Virus record (IMG/VR): IMGVR_UViG_3300049137_000157
Coordinates: 32,001 to 96,000 of that record
DNA from: a virus
Length of the DNA stretch: 64,000 bases
Direction: 5' to 3' (one strand)
In this document: positions 17,695 to 26,569 of the stretch, in pieces
Layout: every line of letters begins with the position of its first letter
How positions within the stretch are numbered: the stretch's first letter is position 1
Position numbers and translations under genes: made by a program
The notes under the pieces: generated by a model
What the model was told of the DNA's origin: nothing
Seen by the model: the letters and a program-made list of their open reading frames with translations, nothing else
Databases searched by the model: none

Positions 17695-18015
17695 ATGTCT
17701 TTCTCGAACACCTCTCCGGATGGACTGCCCTCGCTGCGGACCCCGGAAGGGTTCCTCGCAGACCGGGCCGAGTACTTCGGCGTGGCGGTCGTTCCCCGGT
17801 TGACAGGGTCGGACGGCTGGGACGTCGTACTGCGCCTGGACGGCTCCTACACGGACCGCTCGGATGCCGAGCAAGTGCGTAACGACCTGGCCCTGAAGGT
17901 GTGCCAGCTCGTGCAGGCCATGGCGATGCGAGGTGAGCTGGACCGGTCGGTGGCGGTCAGCTCCCTGACTGAACAGGCTCGCTATGTCCCGAAGTTGAAA
18001 CCTTCCATGGACTAG
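17695..18015 (+). CDS. hypothetical protein (106 aa)
   Basis: GC3-rich ORF; first gene of a rightward unit. Confidence 0.65.
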   Translation: MSFSNTSPDGLPSLRTPEGFLADRAEYFGVAVVPRLTGSDGWDVVLRLDGSYTDRSDAEQVRNDLALKVCQLVQAMAMRGELDRSVAVSSLTEQARYVPKLKPSMD

Positions 18016-18065
18016 GCCAGAGGGTATGCTGGAGTCTCTACCCCGAACGAGGAAGGGCGGCAGAG

Positions 18066-18383
18066 GTGGCAACCTGGAACGAGCTTCTCCAGCGCAACAG
18101 GACGGTGACGGTCCACGATCCGGTGATCGCCCACACCTACGCATTGAGCGACGACAACGCTCAGGTGGCTCTGGTCTACGTCTGGGTGGTGTCGCACACG
18201 GGCTTTCGCGTCTTCGTGGCACCCTCTTCGGAACGGCCGGACGGCAAGAACGCGATCGCCTTCTCCTACGACGTCGAAGATCAGTTGCTGCCGATGCATC
18301 TGGCTCACTGGCGTCAGTTCTTCACGGGCTCGACGGGCGACCTTCACATGTCGGACCCGTTCCCGGAGGCGCTGCTCAAGTGA
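18066..18383 (+). CDS. hypothetical protein (105 aa), paralogue of the next gene
   Basis: TATGCT -10 box and GGACTAGGCC upstream; shares a YDV...L..HLA.W motif with 18380..18739. Confidence 0.7.
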   Translation: MATWNELLQRNRTVTVHDPVIAHTYALSDDNAQVALVYVWVVSHTGFRVFVAPSSERPDGKNAIAFSYDVEDQLLPMHLAHWRQFFTGSTGDLHMSDPFPEALLK

Positions 18384-18739
18384 CCGACGAAGACAGCTCG
18401 AAGCCCGATCGGTTCCCCGTCCCGTTATCCGGTGACGAGGTCGTACAGCCGGATTTCGCGGCCGTCGAGGAGCGGGCCGGAACGGGTGCCTTCGACCCAG
18501 TGTGCTCGCAGTCCTGGTACCCCTGGGGAGGCGCGACCCGCTGGTGCGGCTATCTCGCCTACCAGCTTGCCTCGGGGAGGCTCCGGCTGGTGGTGGTCTT
18601 CTTCTGCAACGACCTCACCAAGGCGAAGCCCGACATGATGTTCTACGACGTAGTTCCCGAGGATCTGGCGCAGCATCTGGCGAACTGGACGACCGTCTTC
18701 AGCCAGATCCCGCCATCACCTCCGGATGACACCGAGTGA
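18380..18739 (+). CDS. hypothetical protein (119 aa)
   Basis: GTG overlaps the upstream stop; paralogous motif. Confidence 0.7.
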   Translation: MTDEDSSKPDRFPVPLSGDEVVQPDFAAVEERAGTGAFDPVCSQSWYPWGGATRWCGYLAYQLASGRLRLVVVFFCNDLTKAKPDMMFYDVVPEDLAQHLANWTTVFSQIPPSPPDDTE

Positions 18740-18757
18740 CAGGAAAGGACAAGGAAC

Positions 18758-18976
18758 ATGGCTCTGTACGACGTTCCCCTGGAGGGCACGGCGGGGATCA
18801 CCGTGACCATCGAGACGGACGAGACGGACCCCGAGGTGATCGCCGAGCAGGCTTCGCTGGAGGCCAAGGCGAGCCTGTGCAGCAACTGCTCGGGCAAGGT
18901 CGCCCTCGGGGACGAATGGCTGCCGACGATGGACCCCACGACCGGCAAGGCCGAGGTCACCCGGAAGGACGGGTGA
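18758..18976 (+). CDS. small acidic protein with CxxC (72 aa)
   Basis: GGAAAGGACAAGG RBS. Confidence 0.75.
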   Translation: MALYDVPLEGTAGITVTIETDETDPEVIAEQASLEAKASLCSNCSGKVALGDEWLPTMDPTTGKAEVTRKDG

Positions 18977-18980
18977 GCCG

Positions 18981-19409
18981 ATGGACAGCACTCGGGCCGC
19001 GACGGCCCCACGGCGACCCCGGGATCAGGTTGACGAGTTCGCGGCACTGGTTCTGGCCGAACTGCGAGATCGGGGTCTGAGGCGTGGAGCTGTCGCCCCA
19101 GGGCCTCGCGAGATGTCCCGGGACATAGGCGCTCCGTACGAGTTGATGGTCCGCGTCTACCAGTGGCTCCTGGAGAAGCGTCACCTGGTCCGAAGCGCCG
19201 GTACGGCCTTCCGGATCATCACTCTGGAGCGGCAAGAAACGCGATGCATGGCGCGCAGTTCCGTGCCCCATCAGGGTCGGGTGACGGCCGTCTTCTGTGA
19301 AGTAACCAAACCTCACGGGGCTCACCGGGGCGAAGGTCCTGGCGGATCCGTCGTGGAGTGGACCGACGGCCAAGTTCCCAGACAAGTCCGGCGTGCCCCG
19401 GTAGGGTGA
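18981..19409 (+). CDS. GntR-like winged-HTH protein (142 aa)
   Basis: GAVAPGPREMSRDIGAPYELMVRVYQWLLEKRHLVRSAGTAF resembles a GntR wHTH. Confidence 0.6.
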   Translation: MDSTRAATAPRRPRDQVDEFAALVLAELRDRGLRRGAVAPGPREMSRDIGAPYELMVRVYQWLLEKRHLVRSAGTAFRIITLERQETRCMARSSVPHQGRVTAVFCEVTKPHGAHRGEGPGGSVVEWTDGQVPRQVRRAPVG

Positions 19410-19443
19410 GAGGTGAAACCCCTTTCGGCAGGGGCGTCACAAA

Positions 19444-19475
19444 GAGGGCGGCTTCTTCATGAAGAAGCCGCCCTC
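19444..19475. repeat. perfect 32-bp palindrome (terminator or operator)
   Basis: GAGGGCGGCTTCTTCATGAAGAAGCCGCCCTC between convergent genes. Confidence 0.7.
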
Positions 19476-19735
19476 CTTCGCGTCCGGAAGAGGGGCGAAC
19501 CCCGTCCATCAGGATCCTGGGTGGGGGTTCCCAAGAGGGGGTTTCCCAAAGGAGGGGTTCGCCTGGGGCCCGTACGCCGTCTGGGGGTACAACTGGCGCG
19601 GGCACCCGGACGAGTGTAGTGGATCAAGCCTGGGAAGCGGTGTGAAGGTTTGGCGGGAACTTACCTTGAGACGCAGAAAACGCACCCCCGGGAGTCGGGC
19701 TTCCAGGGGTGCGTTTTCAGGTCGGCGGACCGGCG

Positions 19736-21487
19736 TCAGGCGGCGTTCTGCGGGGCTTCCTCGCGGAGCTTGAGGTGGTCGTTGAAGTGCTGGGCAAGGG
19801 CCAGCACGTACGGGGCCTGGCTGGCGTGCTGGTCCCACCAGCTCTGCGGCATGGCGTAGGGACGGCTCTCCAGCACGGACTCGACGGCCAGCAGCAGGTG
19901 GTACATCTTCAGGTCGTCGGAGATCACGCCCTTGAGGATCTTCTCCGCCGCGTCCGTGGCGAGGACGGAGGGCTTCCGCCAGGCGGACTTGTGGATCCTC
20001 TTCCAGTTGTCGACCACCGCCATGACGGACTGCCAGGCCAGGTCGTTCTCGGCGATGACCCCACCGAAGTAAGCGCTCGTGGCCTGCTGGAGGTTCCGGC
20101 GTGCGGTCAGGTACGCGGTCCACTGCTCCAGGCCGTCGTGGCCGTCCGACAGGTTCTGGGCGGTCGCCTTGTCTCCCAGTCCCAGGTCGAGCAGGTCGAA
20201 GAGCTGCTGGGGGGTGAAGTTGGGGTGGTGGGCGGAGACTCGGGTCAAGGCGTTGAGTGCGTCGGTCGTCAGCCCCTTCTGCCGCGCGGTGATCATGGAA
20301 GTGGCGAAGTTGTCCTCGCTCCAGGTGTGGTGTTCCATGAGCTTGGCGAACGCGGTGACGTACGACGGTGCGATCTTCGCGCGGGCCGCGTCGAGAAGGC
20401 GGTCGGGGTAGACCTCGCTCCAGGGGAAGGTCGCCATGCGCTGGGCCTTGTCGTACATGTAGGCCGCGCTGTGCCAGTTCTGGTCGTTGGGCAGGGACAG
20501 CTTGTTCTTGTCCCAGTGGACGAGGGAGAGACCTTCCTGAGCGGCTTCGGCCAGCAGCCGGAAGTCGATCAGGCCGTCCTTCTCGTACTTGTGCCGCTGG
20601 ACCAGGGGCAGGAGCGGCTTCCATTCCTCGGCGGTGAGACCGTTTCGCGCGGCTCGCAGGGCGAGGTCCGCGTCGGCATCCCGGTCGATCAGCTCGGCGA
20701 TCTCGTCGGCGGAGCGGACACCGGCCTCGGCGAACTTCTCCGCCGTCCACGGGGAGATGCCCTTGCGGTACACCTCGACGACCTCGGCATGAGGCATGCC
20801 GTTCTCGATCATTCCGCTGAACACGTGCTCCCGGTAGTGCTCGTGGGCGAGGACGTCGGCGGGGATCGGCTCGTCGCCGATCATCTCCAGCAGGTCCTTC
20901 AGGGCGACACCGGAATCCAGGGCCTTGACGCCGAGATCGTGCAGCGCGTCAGGGGTGTACCCGGAGGCGATCACCTGGTCGATGAAGGTGGCCACGTCCT
21001 CGTCGTAGGCGTTGGGGCAGGGCAGCTCGGTGTCCTGGCCGCGCTGAACAGCTTCCGCCTGGAGGCGGGCGCAAGCCATGAACCAGGGGTAGGTGTCGTC
21101 CGCCGCCTTGGGTGCGTCGTCCCCGAAGTACAGGCTGGCCAGGATGTGGTCGATGGTCGAGGGGCCGCCCGGCAGAGCGTGCTCGGGGTGTCCGTCGAAA
21201 TCGACACCCTGGTCCGTGAGTTCCCGGTGCCGGTCCGCCAGTTCCAGCATCTTCGGCAGGGTGTCCACGCCGACGCTCTCCAGGAGGTGCGTGATCCCCA
21301 GGTCGTTGAGGTAGGTGATCGCTCGCAGCACAGCTCGGCCGAGTGCCTTCTCGGCTTCGGGGGCGGCGGACCGGATCTCGGCGACGACGTCGTTGTACTT
21401 GGTCAGCCGGACCGGCTCCGGCCCCAGGTTGTCGATGACCTCGGTGAGGCTGTCGCGGAAGTCGGTGAGGGACATCTCGGGGCTCAT
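19736..21487 (-). CDS. 583-aa protein with N-terminal Phd/YefM antitoxin-like domain
   Basis: MSLTDFRDSLTEVIDNLGPEPVRLTKYNDVVAEI; RBS GAAAGGAGAAGAG before ATG 21487. Confidence 0.75.
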   Translation of the reverse strand: MSPEMSLTDFRDSLTEVIDNLGPEPVRLTKYNDVVAEIRSAAPEAEKALGRAVLRAITYLNDLGITHLLESVGVDTLPKMLELADRHRELTDQGVDFDGHPEHALPGGPSTIDHILASLYFGDDAPKAADDTYPWFMACARLQAEAVQRGQDTELPCPNAYDEDVATFIDQVIASGYTPDALHDLGVKALDSGVALKDLLEMIGDEPIPADVLAHEHYREHVFSGMIENGMPHAEVVEVYRKGISPWTAEKFAEAGVRSADEIAELIDRDADADLALRAARNGLTAEEWKPLLPLVQRHKYEKDGLIDFRLLAEAAQEGLSLVHWDKNKLSLPNDQNWHSAAYMYDKAQRMATFPWSEVYPDRLLDAARAKIAPSYVTAFAKLMEHHTWSEDNFATSMITARQKGLTTDALNALTRVSAHHPNFTPQQLFDLLDLGLGDKATAQNLSDGHDGLEQWTAYLTARRNLQQATSAYFGGVIAENDLAWQSVMAVVDNWKRIHKSAWRKPSVLATDAAEKILKGVISDDLKMYHLLLAVESVLESRPYAMPQSWWDQHASQAPYVLALAQHFNDHLKLREEAPQNAA

Positions 21488-21546
21488 GTGATCTCTTCTC
21501 CTTTCGGGAGGGGCGGCGGTGACCCGCCGCCCCAGGGGTGTTCCGG

Positions 21547-22044
21547 TCAGGCGCGGTCGTCGATGGTGACGAACGCCTGCTCGCCCGCCGCCCAGATCTG
21601 GTAGCGGATGAGGTCGTTGTCGTCGGCCCCGAGGTTGTAGATGTGAACGGCGTAGCCGTAGGAGTTGTCCCAGGTCTTCAGCCGGTCCGAGGGGCGGGCC
21701 TCTCTGGCGTAGTAGTAGTACTCCCAGCAGGAGGCCCAGTTGGCGAGGGTGCCGACCGTCAGCGTCTCGTCGACCTTGAAGATGTAGGTCTCGGGGGCCA
21801 GGTCGTCGGCCTTGTAGTTCCGCCCGGCGTCGGTGAGGACGGCCAAGGGGATCTGAAGGTCCCCCATCTTGATCAGGCCCCGCTGCTGAGCTGCCGTCAT
21901 GGCGTCCAGCAGGGTCAAGGGGTCGAGTGCGAAGCCCTTGATCGCGGTGGCGAGGTTCTTCGGTGCGCCGAGTTCGTCGGCGGGTCGGTCGAGCAGGGTC
22001 CGCATCACGTCGTCGATGAGGACCGGGTACTTGTGGGGGTCCAT
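21547..22044 (-). CDS. hypothetical protein (165 aa), first gene of the Phd-fusion operon
   Basis: CGGAAAGGGAGAAGG RBS; AT-rich operator region upstream. Confidence 0.8.
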   Translation of the reverse strand: MDPHKYPVLIDDVMRTLLDRPADELGAPKNLATAIKGFALDPLTLLDAMTAAQQRGLIKMGDLQIPLAVLTDAGRNYKADDLAPETYIFKVDETLTVGTLANWASCWEYYYYAREARPSDRLKTWDNSYGYAVHIYNLGADDNDLIRYQIWAAGEQAFVTIDDRA

Positions 22045-22085
22045 GCCTTCTCCCTTTCCGGTGGCGTCTCTCGGTGAGGACGCTC

Positions 22086-22165
22086 TGTAATCTTGACACA
22101 CCCAAAGTCAAGATCACAAGTACAAACTTTTCGATCTTGAAAGTTGCAAACATTTCGATCATGAA
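22086..22165. promoter_or_regulatory. AT-rich operator array (inverted plus direct repeats)
   Basis: TGTAATCTTGAC-9-GTCAAGATCACA containing TTGAC -35-like boxes; two 19-bp direct repeats CAAACWTTTCGATCWTGAA (22123, 22147). Confidence 0.7.
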
Positions 22166-22341
22166 CTGAGATCCGTCGGCTGCCGAGCCCTCCCCAGGTG
22201 CGCGGCCGAACATGCAAGAAGCCCCCCGGACCGAGATCCGGAGGGCTTCTCTGAGCAACTAACCAGGCTGACGCGTATCTGACACGTCCTGGGCAAAATA
22301 CCAGGATCTGCCGTGCGGTCACCACCCGGTCCCGGGGTGAA

Positions 22342-22668
22342 CTACCGTTCCGGCGGAGGACAGATCCCGATCAAGTTGCCCTCGCTGTCCGCCTTCCCGC
22401 AGCAGTCACCTCGGCCGGGGAAGGCTACGCAACGCGGAATGCCCCAGAGCTGACTTCCGGCCCACGCGCCCGCCTCGTATTCGGCCATCGCGTCCAGTGC
22501 GGCGTTCACGCCCTCCGCCCAGATACAGGTGCTGTCCGGGCAGGCGTGATCCCCACTCTCCGGAAGGTACGTCAGGCGGAATCCGTCGATGCTGCACACG
22601 CAGCCCTCGCCGCAGTGATGAGGCGGAGGTGCGCTGCTTTTTCCTTTACTCGCTTCCGGTGGTGTCAT
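22342..22668 (-). CDS. Cys/His-rich small protein (108 aa)
   Basis: 4-bp overlap with the upstream gene; HHCGEGCVC, HACPDSTC, DCC. Confidence 0.6.
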   Translation of the reverse strand: MTPPEASKGKSSAPPPHHCGEGCVCSIDGFRLTYLPESGDHACPDSTCIWAEGVNAALDAMAEYEAGAWAGSQLWGIPRCVAFPGRGDCCGKADSEGNLIGICPPPER

Positions 22669-23237
22669 TGCGAAATTTCTTCACCCTCTCCGATGGCTTC
22701 CTCGGCGCGTTCCGCAAGGATTTCTCGAACCACGTCGATCACGCTTTCCCGGACGTTCTGCTGGGGTACGCTCGGCACGAATCCCCGGGATGGGTTCACA
22801 CCCCGACGCCCGCTCCCTGCTTCCCCCAGGCCGGAGCGGGCGTTGCCCGTCTTCCGCCACGTTTTCACGTAGGCGGCGAGCTTCCTTCTCGCTCCGGTCC
22901 ACCCCATGGCGTTCTGAGGCTCGTCCAGCACGTCGTACCGGCATGCAGCCCCGGAGCTTGCGGCCCCATCCGTGAGGTCGATCAGGACCCCCTCGGCCAG
23001 CAGGCAGTCGAGGGCTTCCCGCACCCGCGTCTTGCTGCTGGGCTTCCCGTTCACTCCGGGCAGCAGCCAGCACACCTGATCCAGAGTCAGAGGCGGGATC
23101 TCTTTTCCTGGCCCCAGCTCGAACTTCAGCGCACGAAGGATGCACCAGAGCCGGAAGGCGGTGGGGGTGAGCCGGTCGCAGAGCATGATCCAGTCCGGGA
23201 TCTTAGTGAAGGCCGGACGGGTTTTTCTCCTGGTCAC
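22665..23237 (-). CDS. wHTH initiator-like paralogue (190 aa)
   Basis: FTKIPDWIMLCDRLTPTAFRLWCIL...VREALDCLLAEGVL. Confidence 0.7.
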   Translation of the reverse strand: MTRRKTRPAFTKIPDWIMLCDRLTPTAFRLWCILRALKFELGPGKEIPPLTLDQVCWLLPGVNGKPSSKTRVREALDCLLAEGVLIDLTDGAASSGAACRYDVLDEPQNAMGWTGARRKLAAYVKTWRKTGNARSGLGEAGSGRRGVNPSRGFVPSVPQQNVRESVIDVVREILAERAEEAIGEGEEISQ

Positions 23238-23281
23238 GTCTCCCTCCTTTCCGGCTCCAAGTCTAGCTTCTCCGGGGCCTC

Positions 23282-23311
23282 TTGACGGCCTAGGCCACTC
23301 TGTGTCAGAGT
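23282..23311 (+). promoter_or_regulatory. promoter TTGACG-18-CAGAGT with GGCCTAGGCC (23287-23296) in the spacer
   Basis: read directly from the sequence; lies between divergent genes. Confidence 0.65.
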
Positions 23312-23365
23312 CGTTCTTGTCGCCGGGGACGGCGGCCCGGACTGGAGAAGAAAAGGGGCTACACC

Positions 23366-23656
23366 ATGACGAACAAGATCGCGCCCATGGGCTTCGACAC
23401 TGCCGCCGCCGTCCTCACGATGAGTCTGAGTGACGAGGCCAAGCAGAACCTGATCGCCCTCGTGAAGGACGTCGCCGAGAAGCACGGCCACCACGAGGGG
23501 CAGGCTCTGCGGGTCCTTCGCCTGCGGATCCAGCGCGCCGGATGGACGGTCCGCCAGGACGAGAGGCGGACGATCGTCCCCAAGCGGAACGGCGACTGGG
23601 CCCGGGAGGTGTGGGCGAACATCTCGCAGCCCAGGTCCCTGTACGCCACCGCCTGA
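23366..23656 (+). CDS. hypothetical protein (96 aa)
   Basis: GC3-rich ORF downstream of the promoter. Confidence 0.75.
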   Translation: MTNKIAPMGFDTAAAVLTMSLSDEAKQNLIALVKDVAEKHGHHEGQALRVLRLRIQRAGWTVRQDERRTIVPKRNGDWAREVWANISQPRSLYATA

Positions 23657-23722
23657 CCCGGAGGGGGACCCGGCCCGGCCCGCACCGTTGCGGAGCCGGG
23701 CCTTTCTCGTGAAAGAACAGAG

Positions 23723-23911
23723 ATGAAGGAAGTCCTGATGTTCGCGGCGGGGCTGCTGCTCACCGGATGGGTCACCTGGTTCACGGATCTTTCCCTGCTG
23801 CATCGCGTATCCCTGACGGCTGGTGAATTCCTGCTCTTCCAGGCAGCCCGGGGATTGAACCGCCGCGTACGAAACGACCGAACCGACGAAACCGAGGAGC
23901 CGTCACCGTGA
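23723..23911 (+). CDS. small membrane protein (62 aa)
   Basis: two hydrophobic segments. Confidence 0.6.
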   Translation: MKEVLMFAAGLLLTGWVTWFTDLSLLHRVSLTAGEFLLFQAARGLNRRVRNDRTDETEEPSP

Positions 23912-24015
23912 AGAAGATCAGGAACTGGGCCATGCTGACACTCGCGTCCGCCGCCGTGATTCTGCTGGGCCAGCGAATCGCGGAATCGGTCCCCCTGGAT
24001 CCCGACAACCTGTAA
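23908..24015 (+). CDS. small membrane or secreted peptide (35 aa)
   Basis: GAGGAG RBS; GTG overlaps the upstream stop; KK then a hydrophobic stretch. Confidence 0.45.
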   Translation: MKKIRNWAMLTLASAAVILLGQRIAESVPLDPDNL

Positions 24016-24231
24016 TGATCGCTAGCCTGTAGTATGCGGAATCCTCCGCAAAAACCGTGTCGCTCCTGGGCATCTGGAAGCGAACATTCCTGGAAGGGGT
24101 GGGACGTGACGATATCGTGCACGGACACTTCGGACAGGAGCGGAGACACCCCGGCCACGGCCGGGGTCGTTTTTGTTTAAGTTGCGCGGCAAGTGGTGTT
24201 AGCCTGCCAGGGGTTGAGGGGAGATACACGT

Positions 24232-24585
24232 ATGCAGAAGGTGCTCATGAGCGACGGCGATCTGACCAAGGACTCCTTGACGAGCCTCGTCGCCGATGTC
24301 ACCGGAGTGTCGAAGCCGGTGACAGCCCACGTCCTGGAGACCGCTTTCGACGCCATCGCCAAGCGCGTCGCGTCGGGGTACAAGGTGACCGTCTCGAACT
24401 TCGGATCCTGGGGTCGCATCGAGAGGCCCGAACGCTTCGCCCGCAACCCGCAGAACGGCGAGCGGATTCTCGTCGAGAAGCGCAACGACGTGAAGTTTCA
24501 TCCGGCGGCACGGTTCGTGGCGTTCACGAACTCCGACCGTCCGGAGGAAGCCACCATCCGAAAGATTCCCAAGGGCCAGGCGTGA
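24232..24585 (+). CDS. hup: HU-family DNA-binding protein (117 aa)
   Basis: LTKDSLTSLVADVTGVSK...VTVSNFGSW...ARNPQNGE...VKFHPA. Confidence 0.92.
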   Translation: MQKVLMSDGDLTKDSLTSLVADVTGVSKPVTAHVLETAFDAIAKRVASGYKVTVSNFGSWGRIERPERFARNPQNGERILVEKRNDVKFHPAARFVAFTNSDRPEEATIRKIPKGQA

Positions 24586-24677
24586 AGGCATAGTGGCCCA
24601 GGCCAATCTCTGATAGAGTGAAGGCACGAACTTCCGGTACGGAGATACCAGAAGACCCCTCGGAAAGGGAGAAGAAA

Positions 24678-25121
24678 GTGTTTCGTCTGAAGACCCCCGC
24701 GCGCAGTGTCGCCCGCACCGTCCGCAACCGGTTCGAGGGCGCGAACGCGGCCGACGTGGACGCCTTCGCCGAGATGGCCCTCGTCGTCGCCTACCGCAAC
24801 CGCACGGCCAGCGACGACGAGGCCATCAGCGCCCTCATCTCGGAGCAGTTCGCCAAGGACGTCGAGAGCGGCGTGGAGTACGCGGTCAACCTGACCAATC
24901 TCCGTGTCGACAAGGTCCTGCGTCCGGCGTTCCAGGAGGCCGTCAGCCTCGGCGTCGACCCGGTGACGACTCTGGTCGTCAAGGCCGGTGTCACCATCGA
25001 CGAGGCCGCTGAGATCGTCGCCAAGCTGTCCGCCGAGACCGACACCGCCGACGAGCCGCAGACCTCGGTCTCCGCCATCGACGCGGCCGACGACGACTAC
25101 CCGGCCGCCGACGCCGCCTGA
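24678..25121 (+). CDS. hypothetical acidic protein upstream of the TraB-like gene (147 aa)
   Basis: CGGAAAGGGAGAAG RBS; TAGAGT -10 box and GGCCCAGGCC upstream. Confidence 0.8.
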   Translation: MFRLKTPARSVARTVRNRFEGANAADVDAFAEMALVVAYRNRTASDDEAISALISEQFAKDVESGVEYAVNLTNLRVDKVLRPAFQEAVSLGVDPVTTLVVKAGVTIDEAAEIVAKLSAETDTADEPQTSVSAIDAADDDYPAADAA

Positions 25122-25134
25122 TCCACCGCCAGCG

Positions 25135-25180
25135 CCCACCAGAGGCCCGAGTCCCCGCACCGTGGGCTCGGGCCTCTGGG
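25135..25180 (+). terminator. GC-rich hairpin between 24678..25121 and the TraB-like gene
   Basis: CCAGAGGCCCGAG...CTCGGGCCTCTGG. Confidence 0.55.
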
Positions 25181-25233
25181 CTGTTCCCGTTCGCACGAAT
25201 TTCCGACTGATCATCAGAAAGGAGTTGAACCCC

Positions 25234-26520
25234 GTGCTCACCGCATCCGAGGAGGAGCAGCGGCTCCTCGACCTGCTCACCCCCAAGTGGTGGGCGGAGC
25301 AGAGCGTCACCAAGGGAATCAGGGACACCAAGCTCCTGAAGGTTGACCTCACGGAGTCCGGGGTGACCGTTGGTCTGGAACTCACGGGAAGTTCCGACAT
25401 CGTCGAACTGCGCAAGAAGATCGGAAGCCTTCGAGTTCTGCTTCAAGTCGAGGACGAAACGATCCTCGACCTGCTTCCCGGCGGGCGCGCCCACCTTGTC
25501 TCCGTCTCTGTGCGCACTCGATATGTGACCGACGACGAGGACCTGCTGTGGCACCCAGGTCGAGAGGGCCTCGGGCTGGACACCCTGACGGGTAAACCCG
25601 TGTCGGTCCCGTACCACGAGCGTCTGCTTCTGGGCGGCTCCTCGGGATCGGGCAAGTCGTGGACCATGCGCCCCTACGTCGCGAGGACCCTCACGATCCC
25701 GCACATCGAAATCGGCTGGTTCGTGGACGGAAAGGTCGACGAGGGGAACAAGTGGAAGGGCATTCTTCCCCGGATCTACAGCGGCCCGTCCGGGTGCGTG
25801 GAGGCCGTCGAGGACGGTTTCGACGAGCTGACGCGCCGTACGTTGCTGATGGAGCAGGAGGGCCTGTCCAAGTGGGACACCCGCCTCGGCCCCATCAAGA
25901 TCTTCTTCGTGGACGAGGGCTTCTCCATCATCTCCAGCCTCAAGGACGAGGAGAAGTACCGCAAGGAACAGCGGGAAAGGGGTGACCCTCAGGAACGCAG
26001 GTTGACGGTCCGGCTGAGCGAGCTGTCGACGCAGGGCCGGAGCAAGGGCATCGTCGTGGTGTGGTGCACGCAGAACCCGACGCGCGCCGGAGAGCAGCCT
26101 GGAATCCTGCCGCAGGTAGTGGCGAACATCGACTACCGGATCGGTCTGCGTACGCAGGACGAGGACAACACGAAGGTCATCTTCGCGGGGCGTCCGGCTG
26201 GCCTGGACACGCACCTGATTCCTCCGGGGGACAGGTACCGGGGGTACTGGTACCTGAACGCTCACGGCCCGAGCCTCGTACGTTCTTGGACCATCTCGGA
26301 CGAGATGATCCCGCTGCTCGCTTATCCCGATCTCGGGCGTGGCCGGTGGCCTCGCGACATCGCACTGAAGACCCTGCGGTCCCACGACGGCTGGTGGGAT
26401 GCCGAGCGGCTGGCGGCGAAGACGGGGTGCGGCACGGAGCAGGCTCGCAAGTTCCTGAACTCGTTCAGTCGAGAGGGCCTTGGCCGGATGGATCAGGGAC
26501 GCTTCGAGTTGGTGCGATAA
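25234..26520 (+). CDS. FtsK/SpoIIIE-family DNA translocase, Streptomyces TraB-like (428 aa)
   Basis: Walker A GGSSGSGKS, Walker B FFVDEG, QGRSKGI...CTQNP, C-terminal wHTH; AAGGAG RBS before GTG. Confidence 0.85.
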   Translation: MLTASEEEQRLLDLLTPKWWAEQSVTKGIRDTKLLKVDLTESGVTVGLELTGSSDIVELRKKIGSLRVLLQVEDETILDLLPGGRAHLVSVSVRTRYVTDDEDLLWHPGREGLGLDTLTGKPVSVPYHERLLLGGSSGSGKSWTMRPYVARTLTIPHIEIGWFVDGKVDEGNKWKGILPRIYSGPSGCVEAVEDGFDELTRRTLLMEQEGLSKWDTRLGPIKIFFVDEGFSIISSLKDEEKYRKEQRERGDPQERRLTVRLSELSTQGRSKGIVVVWCTQNPTRAGEQPGILPQVVANIDYRIGLRTQDEDNTKVIFAGRPAGLDTHLIPPGDRYRGYWYLNAHGPSLVRSWTISDEMIPLLAYPDLGRGRWPRDIALKTLRSHDGWWDAERLAAKTGCGTEQARKFLNSFSREGLGRMDQGRFELVR

Positions 26521-26532
26521 AAAAGCAGACTG

Positions 26533-26562
26533 TTGACTCCTGAAAGCAAGAACCGGTAATCT
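26533..26562 (+). promoter_or_regulatory. sigma70-type promoter TTGACT-18-TAATCT
   Basis: near-consensus hexamers in an AT-rich patch. Confidence 0.75.
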
Positions 26563-26569
26563 TAAAGCA

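Noticed and set aside
19709-21604. Long antisense ORFs (also 10030..11673, 13792..15057, 24991..26829, 29648..32086, 38805..41114, 41845..43902, 56046..57647)
   Set aside because: Shadow frames of real high-GC3 genes; no motifs or RBS
21488-22258. 840-aa version of the Phd-fusion ORF
   Set aside because: The extension overlaps the real gene 21547..22044 in another frame; the RBS supports a start at 21487
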